This document shows, in pieces, positions 58,860 through 64,000 of a stretch of DNA of 64,000 nucleotides (the stretch's first letter is position 1; each line of letters begins with the position of its first letter). The notes under the pieces are model-generated. The model worked only from the letters and a program-made list of their open reading frames with translations. It made no database searches and had not been told where the DNA came from. A program made the position numbers and the translations under genes. The DNA comes from a virus, in IMG/VR virus record IMGVR_UViG_3300029319_009496, positions 17,705 to 81,704 of that record, one strand, 5' to 3'.

Positions 58860-60026
58860 ATGCCCGGGCATACAACTCAGTACGGAAACTTTTTTGAATT
58901 TCATAAAGAAGATATTTTTAGAAATCGTATAAAGACTTATCCTAAGTATGAGATTTTTATTTATAGTGGCACTCATTATTTAAATGATGAAAATCAAAGC
59001 AAAGAAAACGCTAATACTCCTTCCGGTCATATAAATTTACATGATTTGAACGTCAACAGAGCTGCACACGCTAGCGCTGGCGATAGTCAGCTAATTCATC
59101 CTTTTATTACCAAGCAAGGATCGTTTATAAATTTCAAAACGATATCTACCGATAAATTTAATTTAGATTTTAGTCTAGGTAGCACTCTCACTGGAACATA
59201 CCCAATGACTTCAGCTATACATATTGAAAGATTTGGAACTGCTTTTTCTGGACGAAAAAAAAGAGTCTTAAACTCTCTTCGTAGTACGCTAGATTTTTAT
59301 ACACCACTTAGCCCTAGATATGCTTTTTCTTCTTCTTTTGGGGAGAAAGCTAGCGGCTCTCTTAATTTAATAAGTGTTCCATCAATTTTTTATGGCTCAA
59401 GTATAAAAAAGGGAAGTGTATTTTTAAAATATTATGTAACAGGGACGCTCCTTGCAGAAGCTTCTGATATAAACAGAAACGGTGATTTAATACAAACCAC
59501 AGGGTCAACCACAGGTCACGTTATAGGTAGTGTATTATATAACGAGGGCTTTTTATTATTGACGTCAAGTGCAGCGCTAAGCTCACACACCGAGCAATAT
59601 GTTTCAGGAAATGTTAATTTTTTCACAGCTTCATGGCAGCACTTTGCACCAAGTGCATCCTATAATTCAACAGCTTCAAGTTACTCAGTTGCGTTTAATG
59701 GTACAAATTATATTGATACAATTACAATGTTCGCGCAAGCTAAAGAAAATTTTTTAAATTTTTCAACAAACCCAACTTTCCTGAGTGGCTCAAAGTTTGC
59801 TTTTACATCAAGTGACATATATCATGAAGATTCGCAATTAAAAATAAAAAACATTGTATCAAGTAGTTATAAAAATTATACCTCAAGTTTTAAGCCTGTA
59901 ACTTACATTTCTAAAATTGGCATATATGATAAAGATAAAAATTTAATTGCAGTCGCTGGGTTAGCGAATCCAGTTAGAAAATTAGAAGAGCGTAGTTATA
60001 CATTTAAACTTAAATTAGATATATAG
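58860..60026 (+). CDS. Virion structural protein, paralogue B
   Basis: IKKGSV, GSVLYNEG, NFSTNPT, YISKIGIYD...LIAVAGLANPVRK. Confidence 0.6.
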   Translation: MPGHTTQYGNFFEFHKEDIFRNRIKTYPKYEIFIYSGTHYLNDENQSKENANTPSGHINLHDLNVNRAAHASAGDSQLIHPFITKQGSFINFKTISTDKFNLDFSLGSTLTGTYPMTSAIHIERFGTAFSGRKKRVLNSLRSTLDFYTPLSPRYAFSSSFGEKASGSLNLISVPSIFYGSSIKKGSVFLKYYVTGTLLAEASDINRNGDLIQTTGSTTGHVIGSVLYNEGFLLLTSSAALSSHTEQYVSGNVNFFTASWQHFAPSASYNSTASSYSVAFNGTNYIDTITMFAQAKENFLNFSTNPTFLSGSKFAFTSSDIYHEDSQLKIKNIVSSSYKNYTSSFKPVTYISKIGIYDKDKNLIAVAGLANPVRKLEERSYTFKLKLDI

Positions 60027-60038
60027 TATAATATTTAA

Positions 60039-60563
60039 ATGATTTTAGGTTTAGATATTAGCACAAGTATAACTGGTGTGACAATTATTGATGAGAGCGG
60101 CAGTGTTATTCACAACGATGCCTGGGATTTGAGAAAATATAAAGATTTTTTTGAAAAATCAAAAATTGTTAAAGATAAAATTTGGGAATTGAGTGATATT
60201 TTCTTGATAAAAAAAGTTTACATTGAACAATCCCTGCAAAGCTTTAGAAGTGGATTCTCATCAGCCAAAACATTATCCACATTATCTCGTTTTAATGGTG
60301 TTGTTTCGTGGCTATGTTATAATATATTAGAAGTAACACCTGAATATATTGCTGCTACCTCTGCAAGAAAAAAATGTGGTATAAAAGTACCCAAGGGAGT
60401 AAAAGCAAAACAAGTTGTTATACAGTATGTAATTGACAATGTACCAGATGTTCTTATAGCTTATACTAAGCATGGAAACCCTAAGCCACAATGTTTTGAT
60501 ATGGCTGACAGTTGGGTCATTGCTCAAGCTGGTTGGATAGATTGTCAGAGCAAGAAAAAATAA
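60039..60563 (+). CDS. RuvC-like Holliday junction resolvase
   Basis: ILGLDIS..ITG, VYIEQ, DMADS acidic catalytic residues. Confidence 0.82.
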   Translation: MILGLDISTSITGVTIIDESGSVIHNDAWDLRKYKDFFEKSKIVKDKIWELSDIFLIKKVYIEQSLQSFRSGFSSAKTLSTLSRFNGVVSWLCYNILEVTPEYIAATSARKKCGIKVPKGVKAKQVVIQYVIDNVPDVLIAYTKHGNPKPQCFDMADSWVIAQAGWIDCQSKKK

Positions 60564-61486
60564 AAATACTAAAAGATACTCTAGGATCTTATTTTTTTGA
60601 AGGTCAAAATCAATTAATGTTTCATTGTCCAAAATGTGAACATAGAAAAAAAAAGCTTTCAGTTAATGTCTCAAAAAACATGTTTAAGTGTTGGGTATGT
60701 AATTTTTCTGGAAGAAATATTTTTAGAATCATTAAAACATATGGAACAAATTTAAATAAAAAAAATTGGCTAAAGTTAACACAGCAAGTTGAAATACAAG
60801 ATTTTTCGAAAAAGCTATTTGAAAAAGAAAAGCAAGAAGTAAATAATGTAACATTACCAAAAGAATTTATATCATTAGCGAATAAAAATTTACCACCAAC
60901 ATCTCTTTATGCCTTAAATTATTTACGTTTTAGAGGTATTACAAAAAGTGATATTATTAAATGGAAGATAGGATATTGTAGTACAGGCAAGTATGAAGGT
61001 CGAGTTATTTTCCCATCATTTAATTTAGATGGCACTTTAAATTATTTTGTGGCTAGAACTTATAATAGAGATTGGAGGCGGTATTTAAATCCATCTCTAT
61101 CTAGTGATATGATCTTTAATCACCTGTACCTAGATTTTTTAAAGCCTATAACAATTGTTGAGGGTGTATTTGACGCTGTAAAAGCAGGAGATAATTCCGT
61201 GCCATTATTAGGCTCAACTTTATCTGAAAAATCTTATTTATTGTCTGAGATTGTTAGAAACGATACAACCGTATGCCTTGCTTTAGATTCAGATGCTGAT
61301 AAGAAAATATCTGAATTACTATCTTTATTTTTAAAGTATGACATCGAGGCCTACAAAATAGATCTTAAAAAAACAAAGTATGAAGACATTGGTGAAATGT
61401 CTAAAGAAGAATTTAAAAAACTTAAATCAACAATGCAAAAAATTAATTTTGATAATTTATTAGTTAATAAAATTATGAATATTTAA
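60542..61486 (+). CDS. DNA primase (zinc-binding domain plus TOPRIM)
   Basis: CPKC.H...FKCWVC, YLRFRGI, GRVIFP, VEGVFDA, LDSDA, DIGEM. Start uncertain (TTG 60542 or 60512). Confidence 0.88.
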   Translation: MSEQEKIKILKDTLGSYFFEGQNQLMFHCPKCEHRKKKLSVNVSKNMFKCWVCNFSGRNIFRIIKTYGTNLNKKNWLKLTQQVEIQDFSKKLFEKEKQEVNNVTLPKEFISLANKNLPPTSLYALNYLRFRGITKSDIIKWKIGYCSTGKYEGRVIFPSFNLDGTLNYFVARTYNRDWRRYLNPSLSSDMIFNHLYLDFLKPITIVEGVFDAVKAGDNSVPLLGSTLSEKSYLLSEIVRNDTTVCLALDSDADKKISELLSLFLKYDIEAYKIDLKKTKYEDIGEMSKEEFKKLKSTMQKINFDNLLVNKIMNI

Positions 61487-61521
61487 ATATTGTTGTTATA
61501 TTAATAAACATAGGAACGTAT

Positions 61522-64000
61522 ATGAAGTTTGCTCACTTAGCCGATACTCACATTAGAAATTTAAAGTATCATAAAGAATATAGAGCAGTTTTTGAAGAGC
61601 TGTATGCAAAACTAACAAAAGAAAAGCCTGATTATATTATTCATTGTGGCGATATTGCACATACAAAAACGCAAATTAGTCCAGAGTTTGTTGATATGTG
61701 TTCTAATTTTCTATCAAGCCTGGCAAATATTGCACCAACATACGTGATATTAGGTAATCATGACGGAAATCTTAAAAATTCTAGTCGTCAGGATGCACTG
61801 ACTCCGATTGTTGATGCATTAAACCATCCAAACTTATATTTACTTAAGAACTCAGGAGAAACTAAACTAGATGATGAATTTACTATTAACGTCCTTTCAG
61901 TTTTTGATCGAGACAATTGGCAGAATCCCACCTGCAACGAGGGAATTAATATTGCTTTGTATCATGGCTCGATTAGCGGCGTAAAAACTGATACTGGCTG
62001 GACAATGGAGCACGGCGAAGATGATATTAACATTTTTAATAATTTTGATTATGGTTTTCTTGGAGACATACACAAAACCAATCAAGCCCTCGACAAAGCG
62101 GGAAAAATACGTTATCCGGGCTCGACGGTACAACAAAACCACGGGGAAAGTAACGACAAGGGTTTTCTAATTTGGGATATCCAAGATAAAAATACTTTTG
62201 AATGTAGGCATATAATTCTACGTAATCCTAAGCCTTTTATTACTATTAGGTTGACGCCTAAGGGAAGGTTGCCTAACAAGCTTGAAGTGCAAAAAAATGC
62301 AAGATTGCGGCTTATTTCTGAGAATAATCTACCTTTAGATGTCGTTCGCCGCGCCGTCGATGTAGCTAAAGTGCGATTTAAGCCTGAAGCAATCACTTAT
62401 TTAAATAAATCTGCCGGTGATAGAGGATCTGTTGAGGAACTAACAAATGGATTAATTCAGGAAGATCTTCGTGATATTGCTGTGCAGGAAGAATTTATCG
62501 ATGAGTATTTAAAAGACTACCAACCCAGTGATGATGCACTTAAACAAGTGTTTGACATGAATAGAAAGTTTAATGCTATCGTTGAGGATGAAGAAGACGT
62601 AAGGCGTAATATTAGCTGGAAGCTTAAGAAAGTTGAATGGGACAATCTTTTTAATTATGGAGAGTCAAACTGCATTGACTTTTCTAAAATGGAGGGAATT
62701 GTTGGTATTCTAGGAAAGAACTTTTCTGGTAAATCAAGCATCATTGATAGTATTTTATATACAGTATACAACACAACATCTAAAAACAACAGAAAAAACT
62801 TTAACCTTATCAACCAAAATGAAGATTGGTGTCGTGGTTACGTTGAGATTGATATTGGCACCAAGACCTACAACATTGAAAGAAAAAGCACCAAATATGT
62901 TAAAAAGCTGAAGGGTAAAGAAACGGACGAAGCAAAGACCGATGTAGAGTTTAATGTATACGATAATGCAACCGGTGTTAGCACCAGTCTTAATGGTATT
63001 ACCAGAATGCAGACTGATAAAAATATTCGCAAGATTTTTGGCACTATTGAAGATTTTCTTACAACATCAATGGCTAGCCAGCTAGAATCTTTATCTTACA
63101 TTAATGAAGGTTCAACGAGAAGAAAAGAAATTTTAGCAAAGTTTCTTGATTTGGAGATTTTCGAGAGAAAGTTTAAGCTAGCAAAAGATGAATCTGGAGA
63201 CCTCAAAGGCGCGATTAGAAAGATGTCTGATCGTAATTTTGAAGAGGAAATAAAAGAATCCAACGCTGAGTTAGCTAGAGTTCAAACAAAGCTTTTAAAT
63301 AGACAAAGATTAAATGAAGAAAGCGTTATGGCTCTGCAAGGCCACAAAGATTCTTTAAATACCATACATGATCAAATTAGATCTATTCCAGAAGAGATGA
63401 TTGATATTAGGCAAGTGTTAGGAAGGCTTAAAACTGTTAAAAGTGAAGCTGCAAAAATAGAAATCAATCTTGAAAAGAAAAAAGAGAGGATGATTGGTGA
63501 AAGAGAACTTTTACAGAAAATTGAAAACTTTGTTGATGGCTTCGACATTGAAGACATTAATAGTAAAAAACAAATTGCAAGTGAATTTGCACAGAGGCTG
63601 CAGGAAATTGAAGACAAAATTACAGAGCATGAGTCCAAAAAGCAAATAATTGAGAAAAAAATTGAATTGTTAAAGTCTGCTCCGTGCAGTCACAAACTTC
63701 AAGAAAAATGTCATTTTGTTTCTGATGCTAGATACGCGATGGATGACACAAATAGAGTTAAGATTGCATTAAATCAGCTTAGCTTGAACAAAATCACAAT
63801 TGCAAAAAAGCTAGATGAAATGAATGTTAATAAATTAGACGAATATTCCAACAAGTACTTGCTTTTACAAGAAAGAGGCATTGCAATTAGGAATGAAGTA
63901 TCAAGCTTGAAAATTGACATTGAAAAAGACAAGATGAAGCTGCTCAAGGCTAACTCTCTTCTAGAAAATCTAGAGGAAAAAGAGAAGCTGTATGAAGATA
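61522..64000 (+). CDS. Fused Mre11/SbcD nuclease - Rad50/SbcC ATPase (3'-truncated by window; absent from ORF track)
   Basis: My translation: MKFAHLADTH, CGDIAH, LGNHD, YHG, LGDIH, YPGS; then in the same frame NLFNYG and Walker A GKNFSGKS (62713-62736), followed by coiled coil. Confidence 0.9.
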   Translation, partial: MKFAHLADTHIRNLKYHKEYRAVFEELYAKLTKEKPDYIIHCGDIAHTKTQISPEFVDMCSNFLSSLANIAPTYVILGNHDGNLKNSSRQDALTPIVDALNHPNLYLLKNSGETKLDDEFTINVLSVFDRDNWQNPTCNEGINIALYHGSISGVKTDTGWTMEHGEDDINIFNNFDYGFLGDIHKTNQALDKAGKIRYPGSTVQQNHGESNDKGFLIWDIQDKNTFECRHIILRNPKPFITIRLTPKGRLPNKLEVQKNARLRLISENNLPLDVVRRAVDVAKVRFKPEAITYLNKSAGDRGSVEELTNGLIQEDLRDIAVQEEFIDEYLKDYQPSDDALKQVFDMNRKFNAIVEDEEDVRRNISWKLKKVEWDNLFNYGESNCIDFSKMEGIVGILGKNFSGKSSIIDSILYTVYNTTSKNNRKNFNLINQNEDWCRGYVEIDIGTKTYNIERKSTKYVKKLKGKETDEAKTDVEFNVYDNATGVSTSLNGITRMQTDKNIRKIFGTIEDFLTTSMASQLESLSYINEGSTRRKEILAKFLDLEIFERKFKLAKDESGDLKGAIRKMSDRNFEEEIKESNAELARVQTKLLNRQRLNEESVMALQGHKDSLNTIHDQIRSIPEEMIDIRQVLGRLKTVKSEAAKIEINLEKKKERMIGERELLQKIENFVDGFDIEDINSKKQIASEFAQRLQEIEDKITEHESKKQIIEKKIELLKSAPCSHKLQEKCHFVSDARYAMDDTNRVKIALNQLSLNKITIAKKLDEMNVNKLDEYSNKYLLLQERGIAIRNEVSSLKIDIEKDKMKLLKANSLLENLEEKEKLYED

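Noticed and set aside
14879-60026. Tailocin or extracellular contractile injection system
   Set aside because: It is flanked by a phage-type sigma, primase, resolvase and recombination nuclease, and the module is far larger than such loci.
60004-60032. Sigma70-like early promoter (TATAAT at 60027) before the resolvase
   Set aside because: The -35 match is poor (TTAAAC), and TATAAT is common by chance in AT-rich DNA.
216-63638. Short minus-strand ORFs and alternative-frame plus-strand ORFs in the track
   Set aside because: All lie within longer, motif-bearing + strand genes and show no recognisable motifs, so they are treated as shadow ORFs.
1-64000. Giant eukaryotic virus (NCLDV), suggested by GT15 and the Mre11-Rad50 fusion
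   Set aside because: gp25/gp6 baseplate genes, a sigma factor, Shine-Dalgarno sites and TAATG-coupled operons indicate a tailed bacteriophage.
1-64000. Stop-codon reassignment as in some large phages
   Set aside because: Genes are intact under the standard code, and TAA, TAG (e.g. 2384, 32275) and TGA (e.g. 11532, 52892) all end genes at sensible boundaries.
1-64000. CRISPR array, tRNAs, introns or inteins
   Set aside because: Intergenic gaps are at most about 110 nt with no repeat-spacer or cloverleaf pattern, and no intein or homing-endonuclease motifs were recognised in the long ORFs.

Overview
This 64 kb window is a gene-dense, AT-rich (roughly 30% GC by eye) stretch with every credible gene on the + strand. 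It most likely comes from a large contractile-tailed bacteriophage using the standard genetic code. Four blocks are visible. (1) 1-13.1 kb is a glycan biosynthesis and decoration cluster: GT2, GT15/Kre2-like, CgeB-like and GT11-like transferases, a DegT aminotransferase, a Gfo/Idh/MocA dehydrogenase, two nucleotide-sugar dehydrogenases, two epimerases, three methyltransferases, a sulfotransferase, APS kinase and NadE. (2) 13.1-14.9 kb holds small genes including a T4 gp55-like late sigma factor. (3) 14.9-60.0 kb is a very large baseplate/tail module: a spike-like protein, a 3939-aa acidic protein, gp25- and gp6-like wedges, DNRLRE/LamG/MAM-domain proteins and tail-collar-like proteins, with a recurring CTAWTTAT putative late promoter. 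(4) 60.0-64 kb holds a RuvC-like resolvase, a primase and a fused Mre11-Rad50 (SbcD-SbcC) gene that runs off the window and is absent from the ORF track. The best candidate for an undescribed system is a phage-encoded virion O-glycosylation system. Five structural proteins are studded with [S/T]-[G/A/S]-S tripeptides that are nearly absent from neighbouring structural proteins, and the adjacent cluster includes a fungal-type GT15 and a sulfation pathway. GC-only palindromes (GCCCGGGC, GCCGGC, GGCGCC) are also strongly over-represented. All family calls come from motif recognition by eye, and all counts are approximate hand counts.
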